Shown here: positions 18,475 through 27,740 of the stretch, piece after piece | How the letters are laid out: the number at the start of each line of letters is the position of its first letter | Position numbering within the stretch: the first letter of the stretch is position 1 | NCBI GenBank assembly: GCA_023448955.1 | Contig: JAEXJU010000221.1 | Span: 1-37,526 of the forward strand | From: Bacteroidota bacterium | GTDB taxonomy: Bacteria > Bacteroidota > Bacteroidia > Flavobacteriales > Weeksellaceae | DNA length: 37,526 nt | Reading direction: 5' to 3' | Program-made: the position numbers and the translations under genes | Notes under the pieces: generated by a model | What the model was told of the DNA's origin: nothing | The model's database searches: none | The model's input: the letters and a program-made list of their open reading frames with translations, nothing else

Positions 18475-19746
18475 TTATTTTTTTGAAGGATCGATAATCA
18501 TTCTTAATGGCTGATCCCGTGTTGTGTAGGAAATCATCCAGTTGAAGAATGTCATTACCCGATTTCTGATATTGATTAACGACATCAGATGGACAAAGAT
18601 CCAAATCAGCCAGGCAAAGAATCCATTAAAGTGTTTAAACGGTTTGGGAAGATCGGCAACGGCTCTGTTTCGCTTGATAATTGCCATAGAACCTCTGTCT
18701 TTGTAAATAAATGATTTACGTTCTTTTCCCTTATTATTCAAAATAATATTCTTCGCTAACAATCTACCTTGCTGAATGGCTACCTGAGCCAATTGCGGAT
18801 GACCTTGCGGGAATTTTGGATCAGACGTCATAAAACAAGTATCTCCCAATGCAAAAACATCAGGATTGTCAATCAACTCATTAAAAGAATTGACCAGCAA
18901 TCTATTTCCTTTGCCGTAAGCTTTATCTGGCAAGCCTTTGAATTTCTGAGCTGTAACGCCAGCGGTCCAAATCAGATTGGCACTGGCAATAGAAGTGCCG
19001 TCTGCGAGATGAACAATACCATCATTATAATCTTTTACGTTTTGTCCCAACCTGATAAATACGCCGCTATTCTCCAAAGTTTTTTTGGCATATTGTTGCG
19101 ATTCTTTGCTCATAGGTGCAAGAATATTAGCCAAACCATCGATTAAATAAATATCAAATGCCGAGTTTTTAAGTTCCGGGTAATCTTTATAAAGAATATT
19201 TTGTCGCAATTCGCTCAACATTCCTGCGACTTCTACGCCTGTTGGTCCACCTCCAGCAATAACAAAGGTTGTCAGTTTTTTTCTCAGAGTTTCATCTTCT
19301 GTTTTAGATGCTTTCTCGAGTCTGTCAAGAATTTTGTTCTTAAGATTGATGGCATCACTTACAGTTTTCATCGGAAGTGCATTTTCCTGTATACTTTGGT
19401 TACCGAAATAATTGGTGACAGTTCCCGTTGCCAGAATCAATTTGGTGTAAGTAACTTCACCACAACTCATTATGATTTTATTTTCTTGAGGGATGATTTC
19501 TTCTAAACTTCCCATAATGAAAGAGAATCTGTTGTTTGCCCTGAAATGTTTTCTGAAAGGATAACTGATATTGGAAACATCCAGAAATCCTGTAGCGACT
19601 TGATATAGTAATGGCGGAAAAAAATTATAATTATTTCTATCAGCTAATATTACTTCGACATCCATATCAGCCTTAAGCAGTCTCTCTGCTAGTTCAACTC
19701 CGGCAAAACCCCCGCCTATAATTACAATTTTCTCTCGCTTTTTCAT
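18475..19746 (-). CDS. ndh: Type II NADH dehydrogenase (FAD-dependent oxidoreductase)
   Basis: Motifs IIGGGFAG, FPPLLYQVATG, AGGGPTGVEVAG and HPQLAQVAIQQG; C-terminal amphipathic region. Confidence 0.88.
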   Translation of the reverse strand: MKKREKIVIIGGGFAGVELAERLLKADMDVEVILADRNNYNFFPPLLYQVATGFLDVSNISYPFRKHFRANNRFSFIMGSLEEIIPQENKIIMSCGEVTYTKLILATGTVTNYFGNQSIQENALPMKTVSDAINLKNKILDRLEKASKTEDETLRKKLTTFVIAGGGPTGVEVAGMLSELRQNILYKDYPELKNSAFDIYLIDGLANILAPMSKESQQYAKKTLENSGVFIRLGQNVKDYNDGIVHLADGTSIASANLIWTAGVTAQKFKGLPDKAYGKGNRLLVNSFNELIDNPDVFALGDTCFMTSDPKFPQGHPQLAQVAIQQGRLLAKNIILNNKGKERKSFIYKDRGSMAIIKRNRAVADLPKPFKHFNGFFAWLIWIFVHLMSLINIRNRVMTFFNWMISYTTRDQPLRMIIDPSKK

Positions 19747-19825
19747 AGTAGTCTTTTTATTGATTTGTTAAACATTATAAGAACATTCAAAATGTATTAC
19801 TGATGCCTGGGAACAATCATCATAA

Positions 19826-20425
19826 TTAATAAAACACCTTATGATTCCGTATTTTTATAATTTTATTCCTTTCCATAACTTTTAAAGTTCGGATTGTAGT
19901 TTCTACACAAAGTCCTGTAAAACTCGCCATTTGCTGCCTTGTAAGCGGAATCTGGAAAGAAAAAGGTTCTCTGCAATTTGCTTGAAGACCTTTCAGATAA
20001 TCCATAAAAGATTTTAGTTTGGAGACAGGATTTTGAGAACTTATAGATTGTCCCATTACATATCTGAAGTAAATTGAGTTTGAAATACTTTTTAGAGTAT
20101 CCAGATAATTTTCTGGATTTTTTTCCAAGAATTTTAAAAATTTTTGTTTGGAGATCTTCAGGATTTGACAGGACAATAATGCTTCTGCATTTACAGGATA
20201 AAGATTGTTAGTAAACAGCATGGATTCTCCAAAGCTTTCACCTTTGCCAAGAATATCAAGAATAACTTCTTTGCCGCTTTCATTATAATTATTCAGCTTT
20301 ACTTCGCCTTCAACAATTTGAAAATAATAGTTGGGCTTAGTTCCTTCTGTAAAAATCGTACTGCCCGCTGAATGATGTTCTGTATCTGCACCAAGGGATT
20401 CTAAAATTAATTCTTCTATAATCAT
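19826..20425 (-). CDS. Crp/Fnr-family transcriptional regulator
   Basis: cNMP-binding-like domain (IFTEG, GEVKL, GESFGE) and Crp-type HTH LTRQQMASFTGLCVETTIRTL. Confidence 0.92.
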   Translation of the reverse strand: MIIEELILESLGADTEHHSAGSTIFTEGTKPNYYFQIVEGEVKLNNYNESGKEVILDILGKGESFGESMLFTNNLYPVNAEALLSCQILKISKQKFLKFLEKNPENYLDTLKSISNSIYFRYVMGQSISSQNPVSKLKSFMDYLKGLQANCREPFSFQIPLTRQQMASFTGLCVETTIRTLKVMERNKIIKIRNHKVFY

Positions 20426-20515
20426 AACAGATGATTTTATTTTCTTATGATCCTAAAAGTCTTACTTTCAAAAACACGAAATATTAATAATTACATTGTG
20501 TCATTTATCAAACCA

Positions 20516-20552
20516 ACAAAAACCATTCCAACAAATTGATAATCAATCATAT
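20516..20552 (-). promoter_or_regulatory. Sigma54-like promoter upstream of the Crp/Fnr gene
   Basis: Minus strand TTGGAATGGTTTTTGT (20516-20531). With the flanking AAATTGATAATCAAT it is nearly identical to the katE upstream block. Confidence 0.55.
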
Positions 20553-20564
20553 AATAAAACAAGA

Positions 20565-20597
20565 ATAACCTTATTAACTTTAATTAATAAGGTTATT
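20565..20597 (-). terminator. Hairpin downstream of the small lipoprotein gene
   Basis: Inverted repeat AATAACCTTATTAA...TTAATAAGGTTATT. Confidence 0.55.
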
Positions 20598-20650
20598 TTA
20601 AAAACAATTGACTCTTAATGTCTATTGTAATGAAAAATTTCTTGTTTTAG

Positions 20651-20875
20651 CTAACGATTATTAACAGAATCTCTGCGTGTTGAAAGTCTGTCATTTGGAG
20701 TTGTGGTACTGGAATTGAGATTACTGCTATTAGGAATCGCAGTATTATTCACAGATGAAGAAGATTCCTGATCATTGGCATTAGACAGGGAATCTGCTCT
20801 ATATTTCTCACTAGATTTATTGTCCTTGCAACTGAAGATCGCTCCAATTACCAAGGCTAAAATTAATTTTTTCAT
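20651..20875 (-). CDS. Small Ser/Asn-rich lipoprotein (74 aa)
   Basis: Lipoprotein signal MKKLILALVIGAIFSC; disordered mature part. Confidence 0.75.
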   Translation of the reverse strand: MKKLILALVIGAIFSCKDNKSSEKYRADSLSNANDQESSSSVNNTAIPNSSNLNSSTTTPNDRLSTRRDSVNNR

Positions 20876-20898
20876 AAAACTTTTATTTTTGGTAATAT

Positions 20899-20943
20899 CA
20901 AAGTTACAGAGATGTTTAGAGACATCTTATGATTTGAGTCATA
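20899..20943 (-). promoter_or_regulatory. Promoter -7 element with Crp/Fnr-type site
   Basis: TAACTTTG (20899-20906) and TATGATTTGAGTCATA (20928-20943), 21 bp apart. Confidence 0.7.
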
Positions 20944-21154
20944 TCACTTCTACTTTAGCTCTGATTAATCTCTTTTTGTAAGATATCTGATAATAAAGAC
21001 TCTATCAATATTTCAGATATGTTGATAGCAAGGATAATCACTGGGCTAATCTAAATAAGTTCAAAAAATTCTTTTGCCCCAAAAACATTGGGATAAAAAA
21101 GCCTCAGAAATTTTTGAATACAATCGTGAAATCAGCAAAACAAACAAATGAAAA

Positions 21155-21188
21155 ATCCCAAATGCAAAATGCATTTGGGATCTTTTTT
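21155..21188. terminator. Intrinsic terminator after the Hc1 gene
   Basis: ATCCCAAATGCA-N3-TGCATTTGGGAT flanked by A and T runs. Confidence 0.75.
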
Positions 21189-21203
21189 TAGAATAACAAA
21201 TGT

Positions 21204-21380
21204 TTAAGCTTTGCTTGCATCAACACTTGCTTTTCTGAATTCTTTGAACAATTTACTTAGTTCCAAAGCTGATTTTCTAGCTCTTGTACCTGCCGCTTTG
21301 TTCCCTTTTTCGGATTGCTGTTCTGCCTCTTTAGAGAATGATTCAAACTCAGCATTAATCTTTTCGATTAGTTCTTTCAT
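21204..21380 (-). CDS. Histone H1-like protein (Hc1 family), 58 aa
   Basis: Below the ORF-track cut-off: MKELIEKINAEFESFSKEAEQQSEKGNKAAGTRARKSALELSKLFKEFRKASVDASKA. It has the GNKAAGTRARK signature, its own TATATTTG promoter (21416-21423) and a terminator. Confidence 0.9.
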   Translation of the reverse strand: MKELIEKINAEFESFSKEAEQQSEKGNKAAGTRARKSALELSKLFKEFRKASVDASKA

Positions 21381-21775
21381 CTGTTTTATAAGTTATAATT
21401 TATTAAAATAGACCGCAAATATAAAATTTTAAAATTGCTTTGCTAAAATTTACATTTGATTTAAGCTGTAAATTATAAATTTTATAAATCTTCTCAATCC
21501 TGATGTTACTGCTCATTTGATACTTTCCGATTTTCTTTATGTTAATAATCTCTCTGTATTAAGCAGTATTTGCGTGTATCTACTATAATTTACCGTTTAA
21601 ATTTCTCTTAGAGTATCATAAAAATTCATTTTTTTAGAAATTAAAAATAACGAAGTAACACATTTAGTGGTATAAAAGATGTCAACAAATGTCAGAAAAT
21701 GTCAATTAACACTTTCTGATTTTCCTTTATTTATGCAGGTTGTATAAATGTATTATGGTGTTTAGAAATTAGTGA

Positions 21776-23161
21776 TTACTTCCCGATACAAAACTTACTG
21801 AAAATATTTCCAAGCACTTCATCATTCGTAAATTCACCGGAAATCTCACCAAGATATTCCAACGCGTTACGAAGTTCATAAGCCAGAAGTTCTGTTGTAA
21901 TCTGTGAGCTTACAGCATCTTCTACTCTTTTGACCGAATTCAGCGATTTCTGCAAAGCCTCATAATGACGTTGGTTGGTTATCACAACATTGCCTTCTTC
22001 GGATTTCAGATGTTCTACATAAGAAGACAATTCGTTTTTAAAATCCTGAATATTCTGATTTTCAACCGCCGAAATTTTAATAAAATCAAAATCAGTTGAG
22101 ATACCATTTCTGAAAATCTGCTCTAACTTTTCATATTGAGTCGGAATTACCTCGTCAATTTTTGTGGCGCATATAATCAGTTTTAAATCTTCTCTTAGTA
22201 AAGATTTTATCATCTCGATATCTTCTGAGAAATCTTCTGTTCCTGCGTCTGCCAGATAAACCAGAATCTCAGCATTTTCAACTTTTTCCTTTGCTTTTTT
22301 GACACCAATAGCTTCAATCTCATCAGAAGTTTCTCTTAAGCCAGCCGTGTCTATCAACCGGAAAGCGTGACCTTTGATATGAAGGATTTCTTCAATTGTA
22401 TCTCTTGTAGTTCCGGCAATATTACTAACAATGGCTCGCTCTTCTTTCAACAAAGCATTCAGAAGTGTAGATTTTCCCGCGTTTGGTTTTCCAATAATTG
22501 CGACTGCTGTTCCGTTTTTGATAGCATTTCCGTACTGGAAACTATCAATCAGTGAAATTAATTTATCTTCAATTTTTTTTAATAATGATGTCAATGCCGT
22601 TCGGTCTGCAAACTCCACATCTTCTTCTGCAAAATCCAATTCCAGTTCGATTAATGAAGTAAAATTAAGGAGATCATTTCTTAGGAAAGAAATCTCATTG
22701 GAAATCCCACCTTTTAGCTGATTGAGAGCTACTTTTCTGGATGCTTCATTTTCGGAAGCTATGAGATCTGCAATAGATTCAGCCTGTGCGAGATCAATTC
22801 TGCCATTCATAAAAGCACGCATCGTAAACTCACCGGCTTTTGCCATTCTTGCTCCGTTTTTTATCAGAACTTCGAGAATTTTTTTGGCAATGTGAGGAGA
22901 ACCGTGAAAAGAAATCTCCACAGAATCTTCGGCTGTGAATGTTTTAGGTGCGCGAAAAACAGAAACCATTACCTCATCAATCACCTCATTGTCATCTTTT
23001 ATGAATCCGTAATGCACGGTGTGAGACTCGGATGTTTCCAAGTTTTTACCTTCAAAAACTTTATTGGCAATTTCAAAAGACTGACTTCCGGATATTCTTA
23101 TAATCCCAATAGCTCCGATTCCGTTAGCGGTTGCCAATGCACAAATTGTATTATGATTCAT
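21776..23161 (-). CDS. mnmE: tRNA modification GTPase MnmE
   Basis: Motifs [13 protein letters not shown] and DTAG; C-terminal FSKFCIGK. Confidence 0.98.
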   Translation of the reverse strand: MNHNTICALATANGIGAIGIIRISGSQSFEIANKVFEGKNLETSESHTVHYGFIKDDNEVIDEVMVSVFRAPKTFTAEDSVEISFHGSPHIAKKILEVLIKNGARMAKAGEFTMRAFMNGRIDLAQAESIADLIASENEASRKVALNQLKGGISNEISFLRNDLLNFTSLIELELDFAEEDVEFADRTALTSLLKKIEDKLISLIDSFQYGNAIKNGTAVAIIGKPNAGKSTLLNALLKEERAIVSNIAGTTRDTIEEILHIKGHAFRLIDTAGLRETSDEIEAIGVKKAKEKVENAEILVYLADAGTEDFSEDIEMIKSLLREDLKLIICATKIDEVIPTQYEKLEQIFRNGISTDFDFIKISAVENQNIQDFKNELSSYVEHLKSEEGNVVITNQRHYEALQKSLNSVKRVEDAVSSQITTELLAYELRNALEYLGEISGEFTNDEVLGNIFSKFCIGK

Positions 23162-23266
23162 ATTGCAAATTTACAATATGATTTTGTAATAGTTCAATAT
23201 ATAATAGCCAGAAAACACACATTCCCACAACTTATTATTATCTTTGCACGAAAATTTTTAAAGACA

Positions 23267-24562
23267 ATGAATGCATTTATCGAAGAGCTGAAATGGCGTG
23301 GACTTTTTTCTGATATGACACCGGGAACGGAAGATCAACTGGATAAAGAAATGACAAAAGCTTACATCGGGTTTGACCCAACTGCGGATTCCTTGCATAT
23401 CGGAAGTCTGATCCAGATCAAGATCCTTGCGCATTTCCAGCAATACGGTCACCAGCCGATTGCCTTGGTAGGTGGCGCAACAGGTATGATTGGCGACCCT
23501 TCCGGAAAATCTGCAGAACGTAATCTTTTGGATGAGCAAACGCTTCTTTATTATGTAGATTGTCTTAAAAAACAGTTGTCAAGATTTTTGAAATTTGATG
23601 GAGATGGCGATAATAAAGCTATTTTGGTCAATAACTATGACTGGATGAAAGATTTTACTTTCCTTGATTTTGCAAAAAATATCGGAAAACACATCACGGT
23701 CAATTATATGATGGCGAAAGATTCTGTCAAGAAACGTTTTTCCGGCGATTCCGGAGTAGATGGAATGAGTTTTACGGAATTCACTTACCAGCTTTTGCAA
23801 GGCTACGATTATCTTCACCTTTACCAGAATGAAGGTGTAAAACTGCAAATGGGCGGCTCGGATCAATGGGGAATTATCACAACTGGATCAGAACTAATCC
23901 GTAGAAAAGCACAAGGTGAAGCTTATGCTTTGACAGTTCCGCTAATTACCAAAGCAGACGGCTCAAAATTCGGGAAATCGGAAAGCGGCGAAAATTACTG
24001 GCTGGATGCTAAGAAAACTTCGCCTTATAAATTCTACCAATTCTGGCTGAATGCAACAGATGACGATGCAGAAAGGTTTATCAAATTCTACACGTTTCTT
24101 CCAAAAGAAGAAATTGAAGCTTTGGTTGAAGATCATAAAACAGTGCCTCACGAGAGAAAGCTACAGAAAAAACTGGCAAAAGAAGTGACGGTTTGGGTTC
24201 ACGGGCAGGAGGAATATGAAAAAGCTCTTAAAGCTTCTCAGATTCTGTTCGGACAATCCACTGCGGAAGATCTCATTGCACTTGATGAAGAATTGTTCCT
24301 TCAGGTTTTTGACGGTGTTCCTCAAAAAGAATTATCAAAATCTGATATGATTGAAAGTAACATTGTGGATCTGATTTCCGAAAAGACCGGCTTTTTAAAA
24401 TCAAAAAGTGAAGCGCAGAGAGAAATCAAAGGTAATTCTATTGCCGTCAACAAAACAAAAGTCGGTGCAGATTATTCAGTTTCTGAAAATGATCTGATTG
24501 ACGGAAAATTCCTTCTTTTGCAAAAAGGTAAAAAGAACTATTTTATTGTGAAGGCAATTTAA
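23267..24562 (+). CDS. tyrS: Tyrosine--tRNA ligase
   Basis: Start corrected to ATG 23267 ([12 protein letters not shown]) behind TATCTTTG at 23239-23246; [17 protein letters not shown] and a C-terminal S4-like domain. Confidence 0.97.
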   Translation: MNAFIEELKWRGLFSDMTPGTEDQLDKEMTKAYIGFDPTADSLHIGSLIQIKILAHFQQYGHQPIALVGGATGMIGDPSGKSAERNLLDEQTLLYYVDCLKKQLSRFLKFDGDGDNKAILVNNYDWMKDFTFLDFAKNIGKHITVNYMMAKDSVKKRFSGDSGVDGMSFTEFTYQLLQGYDYLHLYQNEGVKLQMGGSDQWGIITTGSELIRRKAQGEAYALTVPLITKADGSKFGKSESGENYWLDAKKTSPYKFYQFWLNATDDDAERFIKFYTFLPKEEIEALVEDHKTVPHERKLQKKLAKEVTVWVHGQEEYEKALKASQILFGQSTAEDLIALDEELFLQVFDGVPQKELSKSDMIESNIVDLISEKTGFLKSKSEAQREIKGNSIAVNKTKVGADYSVSENDLIDGKFLLLQKGKKNYFIVKAI

Positions 24563-24581
24563 AATATCAACATTATAAAAA

Positions 24582-24611
24582 AAACAACTCCGGCAAATGT
24601 CGGAGTTGTTT
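24582..24611. terminator. Bidirectional terminator
   Basis: AAACAACTCCG...CGGAGTTGTTT between convergent genes. Confidence 0.8.
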
Positions 24612-24631
24612 GTTTTTAAATGAATTGAAGA

Positions 24632-25582
24632 TTAGATTTTTATCAATCCTAATTCTATCAGTCTTTCACGGAGAAACTCGCCGGCCGTTGTATCAGGATA
24701 CAATTTAGGGTTATTTTCATCCACACAATTTTCTAGTGCATTGAGCGACATCTCGCTGATGGGATGCATAAAAAAAGGAATTGAATATCTGGAAGTTCCC
24801 CAAAGTTCTCTTGGCGGGTTTACCACTCTGTGAATGGTAGATTTCAGCTTGTTATTGGTATGTCTGGATAACATATCACCCACATTAATCATCAGTTCAT
24901 CCGGCTCAGCAATAGCATCAATCCAGTCACCGTTATGATTCTGAACCTGCAATCCTTTTCCCTGAGATCCCATCAGCAATGTGATCAGGTTAATATCTCC
25001 GTGAGCAGCGGCGCGAACAGCATCATCCGGCTCTTCCGTAATTGGCGGGTAATGGATTGGTCTCAGGATAGAATTTCCCTGGGAAATTTTATCATCAAAA
25101 TAAAACTCGTCCAAACCAAGATACAAAGCCAAAGCTCTCAGAACATATTTACCCGTTTTTTCCAACATCTGATAAGTCTCCTTTCCTACTTCATTGAATT
25201 TTGGAAGTTCTTCTACCACTACATTATCAGGATAAACCTCCTTATACTTAGAGTCTTCCGAAAGATACTGGCCAAAATGCCAGAACTCTTTCAGGTCACC
25301 TTTTTTGAAACCTTTTGCCGTTTCTTTACCGAAGCCGACATAGCCACGCTGGCCGCCTATTCCGGGAATTTCGTACTTGAGCTTGGTTTCTTCTGGCAAT
25401 TCGAAGAAATTCTTCACCTCACCATAAAGTTCATCTACTAACTGGTCATCAAGAAAATGGCCTTTGAGTGCTACAAAACCAATTTCTTCATAAGCTTTTC
25501 CGATTTCATTTACAAATTTCTGTTTGCGTTCCGGGTTGTCCGAAAGGAAATCACGCAGATCTACACTAGGTATTTTGTCCAT
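24632..25582 (-). CDS. Isopenicillin N synthase-family 2OG-Fe(II) oxygenase
   Basis: Facial-triad and RxS motifs: HGDINLITLL, HRV and RYSIPFF. Confidence 0.9.
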   Translation of the reverse strand: MDKIPSVDLRDFLSDNPERKQKFVNEIGKAYEEIGFVALKGHFLDDQLVDELYGEVKNFFELPEETKLKYEIPGIGGQRGYVGFGKETAKGFKKGDLKEFWHFGQYLSEDSKYKEVYPDNVVVEELPKFNEVGKETYQMLEKTGKYVLRALALYLGLDEFYFDDKISQGNSILRPIHYPPITEEPDDAVRAAAHGDINLITLLMGSQGKGLQVQNHNGDWIDAIAEPDELMINVGDMLSRHTNNKLKSTIHRVVNPPRELWGTSRYSIPFFMHPISEMSLNALENCVDENNPKLYPDTTAGEFLRERLIELGLIKI

Positions 25583-25694
25583 TGATAAATAGAAATTTTT
25601 GTCCTACAAAATTAGCATTTTAATTGTTAGAAAAGGATTGAAAATAATAATTTAATATTCGTAAAATTGTGGTTTTAGTTATATTTGCACACTT

Positions 25695-26333
25695 ATGGAA
25701 TTACAACATCTGGTTAGAGAACCGCAAAATATAACACCCGAAACACCTATATTATTTATGCTTCACGGCTACGGAAGCAATGAAGAAGATCTTTTCAGTT
25801 TCGTGCCTACGCTGCCTGAGGATTGGATCGTAGTGAGTTTACGGGCACCAAAAAATTCTAATTACGGCGGATTTGCCTGGTTTGATATCGACTTCAACAG
25901 CGCCGAGAATTTTATAGATGAAACGGAAGGTAATGATGCTGTAAAGACAGTGATGGAAAATATTATGGCTATCAGCAACAGATATGGACTTACTAATAAT
26001 CCGACGCATCTTTGCGGATTCAGCCAGGGCGGAATGATTGTTTATTCTCTGGCATTGCAATATCCGGATCTGTTTTCGAAAATTGTTTGCCTCAGCTCTT
26101 ATCCGGAAGAGAAACTCCTGAAAAACATCGTTAGGGACAAAAAGAAATATGAAAACCTGCGTTTCTTTATTTCACACGGGACAGATGATGCCGTGATTCC
26201 TTTGGAATGGGGAAGAAAAGCGGCAGATCTTTTATATGATCTCAGCGCCTATTTTTCTTTTAGAGAATATATGAGCGGCCACGGTGTAAATCAGAAAAAC
26301 TATCTGGACCTGATGGAATTTTTCAAGAAATAA
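25695..26333 (+). CDS. Phospholipase/carboxylesterase (alpha/beta hydrolase)
   Basis: Motifs LHGYGSN, GFSQGG, HGTDDAVIP and GH. Confidence 0.9.
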   Translation: MELQHLVREPQNITPETPILFMLHGYGSNEEDLFSFVPTLPEDWIVVSLRAPKNSNYGGFAWFDIDFNSAENFIDETEGNDAVKTVMENIMAISNRYGLTNNPTHLCGFSQGGMIVYSLALQYPDLFSKIVCLSSYPEEKLLKNIVRDKKKYENLRFFISHGTDDAVIPLEWGRKAADLLYDLSAYFSFREYMSGHGVNQKNYLDLMEFFKK

Positions 26334-26338
26334 TTTTG

Positions 26339-26367
26339 GTTGAGAGTTGATGGTTGAAAGTTGAGAG
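26339..26367. repeat. Imperfect heptamer tandem repeat GTTGAnn x4
   Basis: GTTGAGA GTTGATG GTTGAAA GTTGAGA directly after the stop codon. Confidence 0.7.
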
Positions 26368-26390
26368 GCTAAATTAGAATTAATAAATAA

Positions 26391-26428
26391 AAATCCCGAT
26401 AAGTGAAAAACTATCGGGATTTTTTTTT
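26391..26428. terminator. Bidirectional terminator
   Basis: AAATCCCGATA...TATCGGGATTTTTTTTT. Confidence 0.8.
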
Positions 26429-26441
26429 GCATAATTTATAT

Positions 26442-27740
26442 TTAAGAATTCATCAGATCCTCAATTTCATCAACAGTAATTGGAATATTGGCCATCATAT
26501 TAAATGGTTTCCCTGATGTCTGAATCACATAATCATCCTCGATTCTTACTCCAAATCCTTCCGCCGGAATATAGAAACCAGGCTCATTGGTAAATACCAT
26601 ATTTTCAACAAAATCATCAGTCAGGATTCCGTAATCGTGCGTATCCAATCCCATATGGTGGGAAGTTCCGTGCATCATATATTTTTTATAAGCCGGCCAT
26701 TTCGGGTCTTCATTCTGAACATCAGCTTTGTCAATTAATCCTAACTGAAGCAATTCGGAAGTATAAACTTCGCCCATTTCTTTATGGAATCTGTGCCAGT
26801 TATTTCCTGCAACCAGACGATCCTCTGCTTCAACTTTACATTTTAATACGGCATTATAGATTTCCTTTTGTCTGGCAGTATATTTTCCGTTTACAGGAAT
26901 AGTTCTCGTAAGATCACTGGAATAATTGGCATATTCTGCTCCTACATCCAAAAGAATCACATCACCATCTTTGCATTGCTGGTTATTAGCAATATAATGA
27001 AGAACATTGGCATTATTTCCACTGGCAATAATTGGTGTGTAAGCAAATCCACGGCTTCTGTTTTTTACAAATTCATGAATCAGTTCAGCTTCAATTTCAT
27101 ATTCCCAAACGCCTGGCTTAATAAAAGCCAACAATCTTCTGATTCCTTTTTCTGTAATGTTACACGCATTTTGAATTAAAGCTAATTCTTCTGGTTCCTT
27201 AATGCTTCTCAAACGCTGAAGAATAGGATTACTCCTTTTATAATTGTGCATCGGAAAATCTGCCTGTATCTTTTTGATGAATCGATCTTCCCTCAGTTCT
27301 GTTTCTACAGCACTCCTGTAATGTTCATTTTTGTTGAGATAAACATTTTCTGCTTCGTACATCAGGCTTTTAAAAATTTTATCGAAATCACTAAGCCAAT
27401 AAACTGTTTTGATTCCCGACACTTCATAAGCCTGATCTTTAGTCAGCTTCTCTCCTTCCCAAACTGCAATATGATCGTTTGTTTCCCGTAAAAACAAAAT
27501 CTCCCTGTTCTCTTCCAGATAAGCATCCGGAAAAATTACAAGAATGCTTTCTTCCTGATCTACTCCACTCAGATAAAAAATGTCACGATGCTGCTGAAAA
27601 GGCATTGTAGAATCCGCACTTATGGGATAGATATCATTGGAATTAAAAACCGCAAGAGATTTTGGAAGCATTTTCTCCGCAAACTTTTTCCTGTTTTTTA
27701 TGAACAATGAGCTTGGGATCTGATCGTATTTTGTCGTCAT
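26442..27740 (-). CDS. pepP: Xaa-Pro aminopeptidase (M24B)
   Basis: AMP_N domain; metal-ligand motifs LDVGAEYANYSSDLTRT, HGTSHHMGLDTHD, TNEPG and RIEDD. Confidence 0.92.
   Translation of the reverse strand: MTTKYDQIPSSLFIKNRKKFAEKMLPKSLAVFNSNDIYPISADSTMPFQQHRDIFYLSGVDQEESILVIFPDAYLEENREILFLRETNDHIAVWEGEKLTKDQAYEVSGIKTVYWLSDFDKIFKSLMYEAENVYLNKNEHYRSAVETELREDRFIKKIQADFPMHNYKRSNPILQRLRSIKEPEELALIQNACNITEKGIRRLLAFIKPGVWEYEIEAELIHEFVKNRSRGFAYTPIIASGNNANVLHYIANNQQCKDGDVILLDVGAEYANYSSDLTRTIPVNGKYTARQKEIYNAVLKCKVEAEDRLVAGNNWHRFHKEMGEVYTSELLQLGLIDKADVQNEDPKWPAYKKYMMHGTSHHMGLDTHDYGILTDDFVENMVFTNEPGFYIPAEGFGVRIEDDYVIQTSGKPFNMMANIPITVDEIEDLMNS

Noticed and set aside
14294..20943. The 16-bp repeat as an att site or transposon end
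   Set aside because: All three copies keep a fixed spacing to a -7 promoter element and no recombinase is nearby. An operator explains them better.
21211..21411. 66-aa plus-strand ORF
   Set aside because: It is antisense to the Hc1 gene, which has the recognisable motif, promoter and terminator.
22892..23266. 125-aa N-terminal extension of TyrS in the ORF track
   Set aside because: It overlaps mnmE on the opposite strand. The promoter at 23239-23246 and TyrS-like sequence both point to ATG 23267.
24632..25582. IPNS-family oxygenase as a sign of a beta-lactam or secondary-metabolite cluster
   Set aside because: It is a stand-alone gene among housekeeping genes with no NRPS or tailoring genes nearby.
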